A stretch of DNA of 64,000 bases from Bacteroidota bacterium. Lineage in GTDB: Bacteria; Bacteroidota; Bacteroidia; Bacteroidales; UBA7960. The position numbers and the translations under genes were made by a program. Positions 30,088-39,398 of this stretch are shown here, one piece after another. The stretch spans positions 11,502 through 75,501 of the forward strand of contig JBBISA010000011.1 of the NCBI GenBank assembly GCA_037441525.1, written 5' to 3'. Below the pieces are notes generated by a model. It was not told the origin of the DNA. It did no database searches and worked only from the letters and a program-made list of their open reading frames with translations. The first letter of the stretch is position 1. The number at the start of each line of letters is the position of its first letter.

Positions 30088-30876
30088 CTATCTATTGTCG
30101 GGATTAGGCGGTGTTTTATACAAATGAAGTTTTACGGTCCACATTAAATATGCCCATTGTTGCCTGTGAGCATCAATGTTTTGCATATTGAAATACTTTG
30201 CAGTTGAACCCGAATTGAAATATCGACTATATCCAACCTGGATGGCAATTTCTTTCGATATAACATAGTTGAGTACAACATTGAGCTCTGCTCCAAGATA
30301 TTTTTCTGTTTTAACCTTGTTATAAAAAAAGTCTTTTTCGAAATAGAACAGGTGCCCTGCAATATCAACAGAAAACTTACGGTTAATATTCAGGGTACTC
30401 CCACCATAATAATCAATTAAACCTTGCCTGGGTAGTGTTACAAAATATTCCATGTACCCGTTGTAATTGTGAGGTGCCCCATACAATCGGTTAAATGTGT
30501 TCGATTGAGCAGCATTCGCATCAGCATCAGAACCCGAATAATAGTCAATACCAATATTTGCGGATAGATTTTTAAGAAAACCATACGATATTTTGGTAGC
30601 CAGAAAGAACGATTTTAAATCGGCAAAACCATTGTCTAATGCTTTGTTTGGGTCTTTACCTTGTTGCAGGTAAGTTATCAGGGAAGCCCCAAATGCCGAC
30701 GAATCGCTGGCATATACAAGATTGCCCCCGTATGTTATTCGCGGATAAACTATATTGAAATTGGCTCCGCTCAAACTGCCACATTGTATTATCTCCTTGA
30801 GCAGTTCAATTTTGGCAGTTCCCAAAAAACAGTTGCCGTTCTTTTTGATAATTATTTGACATTCGATTTCAAACAT
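30088..30876 (-). pseudogene. In-frame chimera: first ~38 codons of a ModE-type wHTH regulator fused to the C-terminal part of an alginate-export-like outer-membrane protein
   Basis: MFEIEC...FLGTAKIELLKEIIQCGSLSGA matches the ModE N-terminus but breaks off before the recognition helix. It continues as ITYGGNL...DYYSG..FNRLYGAPHNYNGYMEYF..GLIDYY..LGAELN..WAYLM (AlgE-like barrel). There is no signal peptide. Confidence 0.7.
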
Positions 30877-30878
30877 GG

Positions 30879-31121
30879 CTACCGGCAATTGCAACTACCA
30901 TCCTTACATTCGCATCTGATGCCAATAATTACTTCGGTTGATTTGATCACAGCAAATGCTTCATCTCCTTGCTTTAAATTCAAATCAGCAATAGCACCTT
31001 TGGATATAATGGCAGAAATAATATTATCATTTCCCAGGTCGAGAACTACCTTAGCGGTAATTAATCCTTCATCAACTTTAATGATTTTCCCTTTGAGTTG
31101 GTTTCTTGCACTCAATTTCAT
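30879..31121 (-). CDS. mop: Mop/molbindin molybdenum-binding protein with Cys-rich tail
   Basis: MKLSARNQLKGKI...AVIKSTEV is a classic Mop; extra tail CECKDGSCNCR. Confidence 0.88.
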   Translation of the reverse strand: MKLSARNQLKGKIIKVDEGLITAKVVLDLGNDNIISAIISKGAIADLNLKQGDEAFAVIKSTEVIIGIRCECKDGSCNCR

Positions 31122-31234
31122 AGTTCTAAAATTATCAGGTGAGTATTACTGGCTTCAGCAAAACAAGCAATGCACCATTTTTCACAACAATCAGAATATG
31201 AACCATTAAGCCTTTCAATAATAACTTAAAAGAT

Positions 31235-31305
31235 TACATTTATGTAGAAAAAGAAATAAATTTCTGACATAAATGTATTTTTTCGCTATGGCTTCCAACA
31301 TAACA
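31235..31305. promoter_or_regulatory. Inverted repeats upstream of the mod operon, candidate ModE-type operator(s)
   Basis: TACATTTATGT (31235-31245) / ACATAAATGTA (31267-31277), and CGCTATG-N8-CATAACA (31284-31305). Confidence 0.4.
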
Positions 31306-31358
31306 TGCTTTTAGCGTACATGTAAAATATAGAATCCGGACTTTATGTGTAACTAATA

Positions 31359-31479
31359 AACCCAAATTTGACATAAGTCATTTTTTCTAATGACCGCCAT
31401 TAGAAAAATATCAGTATAAGTTATTGATAATAAGTTTATTAGAACGATAAATCGCATAAGAAAAACTATAAGTTGTAAT
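31359..31479. repeat. Degenerate ~120-bp intergenic direct repeat, copy A
   Basis: Colinear with 32835-32956, e.g. AGTCATTTTTT..TAAT.ACCG.CATT.GAAA and AAATCGC.TAAGAAA. Confidence 0.7.
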
Positions 31480-31540
31480 CAGAAATACTTACAATTCATG
31501 TTTTTCTAAAGCAGCCTGTACCGGCCGTCTGGTAGGGTTA

Positions 31541-31588
31541 AACCCGGCTAAGTCATTAGTTCACTGCGTTCCTGATGACTAATCCGGG
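31541..31588. repeat. ~48-bp palindromic REP/MITE-like element, copy 1
   Basis: AACCCGGCTAAGTCATTAGT-tcactgcg-TTCCTGATGACTAATCCGGG; inverted copy at 36812-36861. Confidence 0.8.
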
Positions 31589-31830
31589 ATAAAAATTGAA
31601 TAGGTCAGATAGCATATAATGTCAAAATGGGAGAACTCCCTACTTATCTTTACATCCACAACAAGAGCCTGGGCATCAATTTTGCGCTAAAAAAATATTA
31701 CAACATGTAATTGTGTTGGCTGCAAATAACACCAGATAATAATGCAGAAAACAGGATTAAACCAGATTTCGCACCCCGGGAGAAATCATTAAGAATCAGG
31801 TATTCAACCTGGAAAAAGTGATGCCGGAAA

Positions 31831-32328
31831 CTACCTATTCTCCCCTGCCATACTTTGCACAGCTCTGCGAATACCGGGACTAAGGGAATCAGTGTAGTGA
31901 GATTGAGTAATAAAGGACAATTCGGATTTGAGCTCCGGATATTTTGATGCGATGCGGCAAATAGTCCTGAAAGCAAACAGCCTCAGAGAAGGTATTCTAC
32001 CGGTTTGCTCCCAGATGGTCATACAAAGGTCGAACAAAACCCCTTCGTGCTCTTCCGGAACTTCCAGTTGCTCAATAATTCGCAGTATTTCACGCTGATG
32101 GCCGTCGTTCTTGCCAGGAATTGCCATAATCATCTGATGGATAAAAGGGAAAAAACGCTGGTCATTTCTTTTCATAGAGTGGAAGAGCACCCATGCAGCC
32201 CGCCACGAAACCAGCTCAATGTTCTGGGTTGCCAAATCCAATGTTTCGTCGAAACATTCAGTACTTGAATTGACCAATGCCACCATATCATCTTTCCTGA
32301 ACCTGCCAAGCAGTTTTTCGCGCATCAT
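31831..32328 (-). CDS. Conserved hypothetical protein, HEAT/ARM-like helical
   Basis: SWRAAWVL..GHQREILRII pattern typical of a Bacteroidota helical-repeat family. Start moved to ATG 32328 because a minus-strand TACCTTTG (-7 element) lies at 32371-32378. Confidence 0.7.
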   Translation of the reverse strand: MMREKLLGRFRKDDMVALVNSSTECFDETLDLATQNIELVSWRAAWVLFHSMKRNDQRFFPFIHQMIMAIPGKNDGHQREILRIIEQLEVPEEHEGVLFDLCMTIWEQTGRIPSLRLFAFRTICRIASKYPELKSELSFITQSHYTDSLSPGIRRAVQSMAGENR

Positions 32329-32442
32329 GTCGTCTATATTTACGAAATATGAATATCTTTTCAGCCTAAGCAAAGGTAGAATAAACCACCCTAAGCAAAT
32401 AATACAATTTAATGCAATATACTTTGATGGCCGTGGTTAAAA

Positions 32443-32814
32443 TTAAATGCTCCAACCGTTGATTGAAGAAGCAATATAAAGCAATTCAACCATAATTGCC
32501 CAGTTTTTTACAAAGTGCATTACTTCGAGCATTAACATTTCGCGGTTTTCCTCTTCCCAGAATTTATGCAGTGTAAAGGAGGCGATGATCAGAAACACTG
32601 AAAGAGCAATAATCCCTTGAGTTATAAAGAAACCTGTAATAAGAGTGAGCCCTCCCGAAGTGAGTAACACACCAGAGAGCAGTACCATTGTTTTGGGGGC
32701 AAAAAGCCCTTTTTTGCGGGCATACTCCTTAAGGATGCGGGTATTATAAAAATGATTCAGTCCATTGAGGAGAAAGAAGATTCCGAGCAGAATGAGCAGT
32801 ATTTGTTTTAACAT
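32443..32814 (-). CDS. DoxX family membrane protein
   Basis: LLGIFFLLNGLNHF, LHKFW, HFVKNWAI; about 4 TM helices. Confidence 0.8.
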   Translation of the reverse strand: MLKQILLILLGIFFLLNGLNHFYNTRILKEYARKKGLFAPKTMVLLSGVLLTSGGLTLITGFFITQGIIALSVFLIIASFTLHKFWEEENREMLMLEVMHFVKNWAIMVELLYIASSINGWSI

Positions 32815-32834
32815 ATCCTAAAAGTCAGAAATTT

Positions 32835-32956
32835 AACCCAGATTTGTAATTAGTCATTTTTTTTTAATTACCGTCATTTGAAATTTATCCGCCTAAGCCT
32901 TTGAAAGTAATATTTTTAGTTTGACAAATCGCTTAAGAAAGATTAAAATTTGTGAT
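32835..32956. repeat. Degenerate ~120-bp intergenic direct repeat, copy B
   Basis: Aligns with 31359-31479 with roughly one gap. Confidence 0.7.
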
Positions 32957-33109
32957 GAAACCTGCATGTTTTTGCAAAACACAAACACCGATGAGAATAA
33001 GTTTTAGAACATGTGTGGTTCCATCCGACCTTAACTTTAAAATTATTTACGGATGAAATAATCAAATCTGAGATTTTTAATAATTGTTTAAACTATGCAC
33101 TTAAGTTCG

Positions 33110-33117
33110 TATATTTG
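33110..33117 (+). promoter_or_regulatory. -7 promoter element for the histidine kinase
   Basis: TATATTTG, about 55 nt upstream of ATG 33174. Confidence 0.55.
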
Positions 33118-33173
33118 TTAATTAATTAAAAACAGGGAACGGCAATATCAGCCTGCACTACACAACAATTGCC

Positions 33174-35381
33174 ATGAATAACTCCGAAGCCTTTCATAGT
33201 ATTGAAGTAGTAAAAGAAGATGTGATTAACACATCCCTTGTGGTATCTTCGGTATTGGGCCTGATTGCCTATACTTTTTCCAACACTGCACGCTATTTTA
33301 ATACGGGTTTCAACGTTTCACTAATATTTGAAACAGCAGTAATTGCAACACTTCTCATTATAACCTTTTACAGAAAAAAGCTGAGCAATATTACAAAAGC
33401 TTTCATAATGGTTATGTTGTTGTTGTTTCTTTCTTTGACCGATGCCTATTTTTACGGATTATTATCATCTACCCGGGTTTATTTGGTATTACTCCCTTTT
33501 TATGCCATAATTTATTTTCCCTTTGTGCATGGCCTGGCCATTTACTTTGTTACAATATTGTCTTTTTTAATAATAGGATATTTTCATAGTAACGGAACCC
33601 TTGCCATACCGCAGGGATACGAAGCCCATGAATATATTGTCAGGTTTCCTCCGTGGATTATAATTGCTATACATATAACCCTGGTTGGTATGGTAATAAT
33701 GTTTATAACGCGCAAGTTCTTCAATACCTTTTCTGACCTGATTACTGCACTTCACGGGCAAAACAGCAAAATATCGGAAAACGAAAGAAATTACAGAGAA
33801 ATCTTCAATTCTACCAACGAAGCCATTTTTCTTCACAATGCAATAGATGGAAAAATATATGATGTAAATAACGTAATGCTAAAGATGTATGGTTACGATA
33901 CCAAAGAAGAGGTATTGAAGCTTACTGTTAAAGATATAAGTGCAAAAAATGATAATGAAACAGATGAGAAAGCCCAAATGCTTATCAGAAAGGCTGTTGA
34001 AGAGGGAGCCCAGGTGTTTGACTGGGTTTCAAAAAAGAAGAACGGTGAATTGTTCCATTCTGAGGTATCTCTCAAGAGTTCGGAAATCGGGGGGAAGGGC
34101 AGAGTATTGGCGGTGGTGAGAGACATTACTGAGCGAAAAAAATCTGAATTGGCTCTGAAAGAGAGCGAAGAAAGGTACCGCACTATTATTGAAGCCTTTC
34201 CCGAAATAATAATGGTAAGCGACCTGGCCGGAAATATCGTTTTTGCCAATAAACGACTTGAAGAAGTGGCAGGTATTTCCCCCGAAGATTATATCAACTA
34301 TAAGCGCAAAGCACGTATCCATCCCGAGGATGATGCCATGGTGAGAAAGGAAATTGCCACAATGATAGAGAGCGATAGTATGCACACCCCCCTTATCGAA
34401 AACAGGTTTATTGATGCCTGGGGAAATATACACTGGTTCAGCGGGATTATATCGAAAATCTATATTAACAACCACCTCTATTTGCAAACCATTACCCGCG
34501 ATATAACAGATAAAAAACGAGCCGAGGAACAATTGGACAAATACCGCAATCATCTGGAAATTCTGGTTAAGGAGCGCACAGAGGAACTGGAAGCTACCAA
34601 TGAAGAACTTTCGGCGGCCAACAATGAACTTATCAGCCAAAGAGAGGAGCTGGAAACGATACTAAACAAGCTGCAAACTACCCAAAAACAGCTGATTCAG
34701 TCAGAAAAAATGGCATCGCTCGGTGTATTGGCCGCCGGAATTGCCCACGAACTAAATAATCCTCTCAATTTTATAAAAGGGGGTGCCGATGCACTCAACA
34801 TTTTAATTTCAACCCATTATGAATACAATGCTGAAATTCAATCGCTTATCGATGTGGTGCATGAAGGGGTAAAAAGGGCTGGTAAAATTGTTTCCGGACT
34901 CAACCATTACAGCCGGCGAAATGATAAGGCATTTGTGGAAATTGACGTGCACAAAATCATCGAAAACTGCCTTTTGATGCTTCAAAACCAGATAAAAAAC
35001 AACATAACAGTTGAAAACGCTTTTACTGAAGAACCCTTTGTGCTGAAATGTAATGAAGGTAAAATTCATCAGGCAATTTTGAATCTGCTGACAAATGCTG
35101 TACATGCCATCGATGGAAAGGGAAAGATTATCATTAAGACCAGCCGCACCGCCACTGATCTTCAAATTGATATTACAGACACAGGCTGTGGCATTCCCAG
35201 GAAAAATCTGTCGAAGATACTTGACCCGTTCTTCACCACCAAAGACCCAGGAAAAGGGACAGGCTTAGGACTGTTTATTACGCACAATATCGTAGAGGAA
35301 CATGGAGGAAGTATGCATTTTGAATCGCAAGTTGGGGTTGGTACCCAGGTACAACTTTCATTCCCTGTAAAGCACCCTTAA
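33174..35381 (+). CDS. Membrane PAS-domain sensor histidine kinase (orphan)
   Basis: N-terminal TM helices; two PAS/PAC domains ending RDITE and RDITD; H box AHELNNPL, N box NLLTNA, DTGCGI, PFFTTK, GTGLGL. Confidence 0.93.
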   Translation: MNNSEAFHSIEVVKEDVINTSLVVSSVLGLIAYTFSNTARYFNTGFNVSLIFETAVIATLLIITFYRKKLSNITKAFIMVMLLLFLSLTDAYFYGLLSSTRVYLVLLPFYAIIYFPFVHGLAIYFVTILSFLIIGYFHSNGTLAIPQGYEAHEYIVRFPPWIIIAIHITLVGMVIMFITRKFFNTFSDLITALHGQNSKISENERNYREIFNSTNEAIFLHNAIDGKIYDVNNVMLKMYGYDTKEEVLKLTVKDISAKNDNETDEKAQMLIRKAVEEGAQVFDWVSKKKNGELFHSEVSLKSSEIGGKGRVLAVVRDITERKKSELALKESEERYRTIIEAFPEIIMVSDLAGNIVFANKRLEEVAGISPEDYINYKRKARIHPEDDAMVRKEIATMIESDSMHTPLIENRFIDAWGNIHWFSGIISKIYINNHLYLQTITRDITDKKRAEEQLDKYRNHLEILVKERTEELEATNEELSAANNELISQREELETILNKLQTTQKQLIQSEKMASLGVLAAGIAHELNNPLNFIKGGADALNILISTHYEYNAEIQSLIDVVHEGVKRAGKIVSGLNHYSRRNDKAFVEIDVHKIIENCLLMLQNQIKNNITVENAFTEEPFVLKCNEGKIHQAILNLLTNAVHAIDGKGKIIIKTSRTATDLQIDITDTGCGIPRKNLSKILDPFFTTKDPGKGTGLGLFITHNIVEEHGGSMHFESQVGVGTQVQLSFPVKHP

Positions 35382-35569
35382 TTGCGACAATAAATGGCAT
35401 ATATTGCTAATTACCAAAAGGCAATCTTTTGGTTGGAAAAGCAAGCTTCTGTATTTTTAAAAAGACTTTTCTCTCACCAAAACTTCATCACAAAACCGTA
35501 AATTTAAATAGCTCATAACTGAACTTGTTTGCACAAAATAATTTGCGGTACCCTAAAAATTCAGAAAAC

Positions 35570-36463
35570 CTATTCAACTTCAACCGGTACTGCCTTTTTC
35601 TCTTTATACCCCAGGTTCATCCAGGCAATGATCATTCCGGCAGTAACAAACATGATAAGGCTATAAATTGCGGGTGAAATTGCCATTACATGATTATGTA
35701 GAAGTGTGCTGGCAATCATAATGCCCAGGGTCCCATTCTGAATTCCCGACTCAACGGATATGGTAACACTTTGCGCAAGGTTGAGACGGAAAAACCGCGC
35801 CGTAAAAAAGCCTAAAAAAAGCATCATCACATTAAGAGAGAGTGCAATTGGACCTACATCGCGAAAAGAGCTGACAAAAATATCGCGATTGGTATTTATT
35901 GCTGCAAAAATGATCAGAAACAACAAAACGCCAGAAACAATTTTTACAGGCTTTTCCATTTTATCAGCAAAGCCTTTTGCCCTTGACCGGATAAACATTC
36001 CGATAATTACAGGCACAAGCGTTATTATTGTAAGCTTTATGATTGTTTCAAATACAGGCAATGGGACATATTCTCCCTGCTGAAGAAAATAGGCAAGTGA
36101 AAAATTGATGATAAGTGGAATGGTAATCAGCGCAACCAGACTCGAAATAGCGGTAAGAGTAATTGACAAAGCGGTATCCCCCTTCGAAATATGGCTGATC
36201 AGGTTTGAAGTAGGTCCACCCGGGCAGGATGCAAGCACCATTATACCCACTCCCAAATGCAGATTTTCGAGATCAAAAAGCAAAACCAAAATAAAACCTA
36301 CCAGGGGCAGTAAAATTATTTGATTGATAAATCCGATGGTTGCTGCCTTTGGATATAATACCACACGTTTAAAGTCGAATGGTACCAGTGAAAGGCCCAT
36401 ACCAAGCATTATTACCCCAAGCGAAATGGGCAAAAGCAAATCTGTAAGAAAGTTCGTTTCCAT
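35570..36463 (-). CDS. Bile acid:sodium symporter (BASS) family protein
   Basis: IMLGMGLSL, CPGGPTSN..KGD, ESGIQNG. Confidence 0.92.
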   Translation of the reverse strand: METNFLTDLLLPISLGVIMLGMGLSLVPFDFKRVVLYPKAATIGFINQIILLPLVGFILVLLFDLENLHLGVGIMVLASCPGGPTSNLISHISKGDTALSITLTAISSLVALITIPLIINFSLAYFLQQGEYVPLPVFETIIKLTIITLVPVIIGMFIRSRAKGFADKMEKPVKIVSGVLLFLIIFAAINTNRDIFVSSFRDVGPIALSLNVMMLFLGFFTARFFRLNLAQSVTISVESGIQNGTLGIMIASTLLHNHVMAISPAIYSLIMFVTAGMIIAWMNLGYKEKKAVPVEVE

Positions 36464-36514
36464 TACTTGTGTTTTTTGGATTATTTATCCCTTTTATTTT
36501 TACAATCGGGCAAA

Positions 36515-36522
36515 CAAATGTA
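36515..36522 (-). promoter_or_regulatory. -7 promoter element for the BASS gene
   Basis: Minus strand TACATTTG, about 50 nt upstream of the start. Confidence 0.55.
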
Positions 36523-36811
36523 GGGATTTTGAACGAACGATCGACTAAATAGTGATGATTTCGGCCATCTGAACTGCCAATTCATATTTTCTGACAAGAA
36601 TAAAAGCCTGGCTTTTAATTACTTAAAAATTTGTTTACCAGAAATCTTGCCATTAATGGTTTGGCTAACTCATGCTACCAACCGATCTGCAAATGACCCT
36701 GTCAATAGAATCTGTTTTTTACACAATTGAATTCGCAGTGCAAATAATCCGTTGATAATCCTTTCCATTAAGGTTACCAAATCAATTACCCTAAAGTTCT
36801 CAGGATTATTA

Positions 36812-36861
36812 AACCCGGACTAGTCATTAGGAATGTAATGTACTAATGACTTAGCCGGGTT
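36812..36861. repeat. ~48-bp palindromic REP/MITE-like element, copy 2 (inverted), directly after the phosphoesterase stop
   Basis: Its reverse complement AACCCGGCTAAGTCATTAGTacattacaTTCCTAATGACTAGTCCGGG matches copy 1. Confidence 0.8.
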
Positions 36862-36865
36862 GTAT

Positions 36866-38452
36866 CTATTCAGCAACAGACACTACTTCGAACTTAAACT
36901 GATCGGTGAAAACTCTTCCATGAAGATCAGTAACACGCACCTGAATGGTATTTTGACCCAAAGGCAGTCGGGTGGGCATTCTCACTTTCCAGAGATGATA
37001 AGTTAAAGCCGGATTTGACGGCCTTACCCCTACGGGAAGTTTTTCGGCTGAATCCCATTGATAACGCAATGCTGAAACAGTGGGATCCTGTTCGATAACA
37101 TAGCGCATTGGGCTCCAGTTTCCATCATTAATGCGGTATTCGACCAAACAGTTTTCACTCCCCTGAAAAACATTTGCAAAAAACTCGCCTCTGAATCTGA
37201 AATTGTGCGGAACCACCTTGGGCCCGTAAAGCTGCATTCGGTAATCGGGGTTGTAACCAGCCGCTTTAAAATCGATTACATATTGATTGCCATCGAAATG
37301 AATAAAATTATAGCCTTTGGGAGTGCCGTCGCGCATAATGGCGTCAGGAATACCTTTGCTGTCAGGAGAGCCCGACCACCAATCGCCCGAAGCAGTAGCA
37401 ACATTGTAATGGTGATGGGGTTTTTCCTGCAACCATCCTTCGTTAGCACCAAAAAAATGATGGCGTTGTGTATGTGTATGACCTGAAAGTGAAAGAGTAA
37501 AGGGGCGATCTTTCAAAATTTTAAAAAGCCTTTCGCGATGGATGTTTAAGAAGGTTTCGCCATGAGGAAACTCATTAAAAACAGGGATATGAGTGCTTAT
37601 TACAATAAGATAATCCTTTGGAACATACTTCAATGTATTTTCGATGAATTGAAATTGATCTTCTCTGAATCCGCCCACATACGATGCATCGCTGTAAGGA
37701 TTGGGGTAAATAATATTATCGAGGGAAATAAAATGAACCTTTCCATGATTAAATGCATAATTGGCAGGGCCATATACCCTTTCAAACGATTCATCGGCAT
37801 GAAAGGGATTGGTTACATCAAAATTCATATCGTGGTTGCCCATCACATGAAACCATGGTAACCCAATTCGTGCAGTGGCTTTATTAAGAGGTTCAAAAAA
37901 ATCAGGACGATCGCCCACAAGGTCCCCCAGGGTAATTCCAAAGTCAACTCCCTTAATTCCAACCAATTCTTCTACTATTGACCGATCATAAAATCCGATT
38001 TCTTCTTCTGAATAGGGTTGAGTATCTGAAAAAACAGCGATGGTAAACTTATCGGAAGGATTACCTGAGACCAATCCGAAATTGATTGAAGCAGGCAAGG
38101 GGCCGGTGGGAGCAACACCTTCATATCTTAACTTAGGCGATCCTTGAGGCTTGTGGATATAAAAAAACTGCGGTAGCCTGTTTGCGTTTACCGGGTAATT
38201 ATATCCAGAGGGCTTAATAACAGAAATGATGGCATCATTGCTAACTGTAATCTGATATTTTCCGGTGGCATCGGTCAATACCAAATCAACCCCATTGCTT
38301 ACTGCAACTCCTGCTAAGCCGGGTTCGCGCCTGTCTTGCCTTCCATTGCCATTTAAATCGTGAAAAACAACTCCGGTAGCAGTTTGTGTATTCTGGCCAA
38401 AGGCTATAGTTATTAATAAATTGATCAAAATGATAGTAAATGTCTTTTTCAT
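36866..38452 (-). CDS. Secreted calcineurin-like metallophosphoesterase (MetallophosN/C architecture)
   Basis: GVVFHDLNGNG..GVAVSNG; motifs SDTQ, GDLV, GNHD, THIP, SGHTH; MRDGTPKGY. Confidence 0.9.
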   Translation of the reverse strand: MKKTFTIILINLLITIAFGQNTQTATGVVFHDLNGNGRQDRREPGLAGVAVSNGVDLVLTDATGKYQITVSNDAIISVIKPSGYNYPVNANRLPQFFYIHKPQGSPKLRYEGVAPTGPLPASINFGLVSGNPSDKFTIAVFSDTQPYSEEEIGFYDRSIVEELVGIKGVDFGITLGDLVGDRPDFFEPLNKATARIGLPWFHVMGNHDMNFDVTNPFHADESFERVYGPANYAFNHGKVHFISLDNIIYPNPYSDASYVGGFREDQFQFIENTLKYVPKDYLIVISTHIPVFNEFPHGETFLNIHRERLFKILKDRPFTLSLSGHTHTQRHHFFGANEGWLQEKPHHHYNVATASGDWWSGSPDSKGIPDAIMRDGTPKGYNFIHFDGNQYVIDFKAAGYNPDYRMQLYGPKVVPHNFRFRGEFFANVFQGSENCLVEYRINDGNWSPMRYVIEQDPTVSALRYQWDSAEKLPVGVRPSNPALTYHLWKVRMPTRLPLGQNTIQVRVTDLHGRVFTDQFKFEVVSVAE

Positions 38453-38676
38453 CAGTAAGTAATTTTTTAAATTAAAGCAGGATCGTTTATCCCGTCAATG
38501 CGGGAGAACTCTCATGATAAATTTTGGCTTCGTGGAACTAATAAACTCTGTTCACCCGTATTAGAGCTTAACGAATCGCTTGTATCTCAATTCTTATTAT
38601 GTTTAAAAAGGATAAATACTATTGCTCCTTAAGGCAAAACTGTGCCTGTCTGAAACAATTTCTAAATATAATGGGA

Positions 38677-39324
38677 TTAAAGATTTCTGGCAATACTTTG
38701 TGCATTTCTTCTCACAAGTCTTTCAAGGTTGCGGGTAAGTTCATTGCTGTGCACAAGGGAAAAGGTATTAAAATGATCTTGCCCCTTGGATACTTCTTGC
38801 AATGATTGATCGAAAAGCGTATAACTGAAAATATGAAAAAGGGTATTGAAAGGGACCTCTTGCCACCGAAGGAAATACTCGTTGTAAACCAATAAATAAT
38901 CGGCCTTATGCTCGGCTAATAAATTGATAAAGAAATCCTTATATTTATCGTTAATGGTGGCAGAAATTTGCCCGGGTTCACCATGAAAGTGAATGTGACC
39001 ACGCAAATACTTTATCTCTTTATTGGTTGGCTTAGTAATAAAACTTATCCGACGTATTTCGAGCGCCTGCACCTGATTATTAAGCTTTTGGTTGAGTAAT
39101 GAATCAATTTCTTCCAAGGACACCTTTAGCTTTTCGGCGATTTCCACCTTAGGGAAATAATTGGAAGCAACATTGTCGCCAAATCCGATAACCAGAATGG
39201 TAATGTCAGGTTTTTGTGAACCATTTTTTCTGTACTCGTTGGCAAAGGCTTGAAGGTAGGCGAACAAAAAAAACGAAAGTGCCAGCATTACAGTTTTGTT
39301 CTTCATTTCAAAATATTGTTTCAT
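38677..39324 (-). CDS. Secreted hypothetical protein
   Basis: 215-aa ORF with a signal-peptide-like N-terminus, co-oriented between the TonB receptor and the phosphoesterase. The start could be ATG 39306. Confidence 0.75.
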   Translation of the reverse strand: MKQYFEMKNKTVMLALSFFLFAYLQAFANEYRKNGSQKPDITILVIGFGDNVASNYFPKVEIAEKLKVSLEEIDSLLNQKLNNQVQALEIRRISFITKPTNKEIKYLRGHIHFHGEPGQISATINDKYKDFFINLLAEHKADYLLVYNEYFLRWQEVPFNTLFHIFSYTLFDQSLQEVSKGQDHFNTFSLVHSNELTRNLERLVRRNAQSIARNL

Positions 39325-39355
39325 TCAATAAAAAATTGCAAACCAAAAAAGAAAT

Positions 39356-39389
39356 GTACCCGTTATTCGGCTACCGGGATAACGGGTAC
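39356..39389 (-). terminator. Hairpin after the TonB receptor gene (terminator or mRNA-stabilising)
   Basis: GTACCCGTTAT...ATAACGGGTAC inverted repeat with an A-rich left flank. Confidence 0.65.
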
Positions 39390-39398
39390 TGAGCAGAA

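Noticed and set aside
30661-31209. 182-aa plus-strand ORF
   Set aside because: Antisense to mop and the modE/porin chimera.
31122-31360. Possible Moco/tungsten riboswitch upstream of mop
   Set aside because: Very AT-rich with no recognisable multi-stem core; an Infernal scan would be needed.
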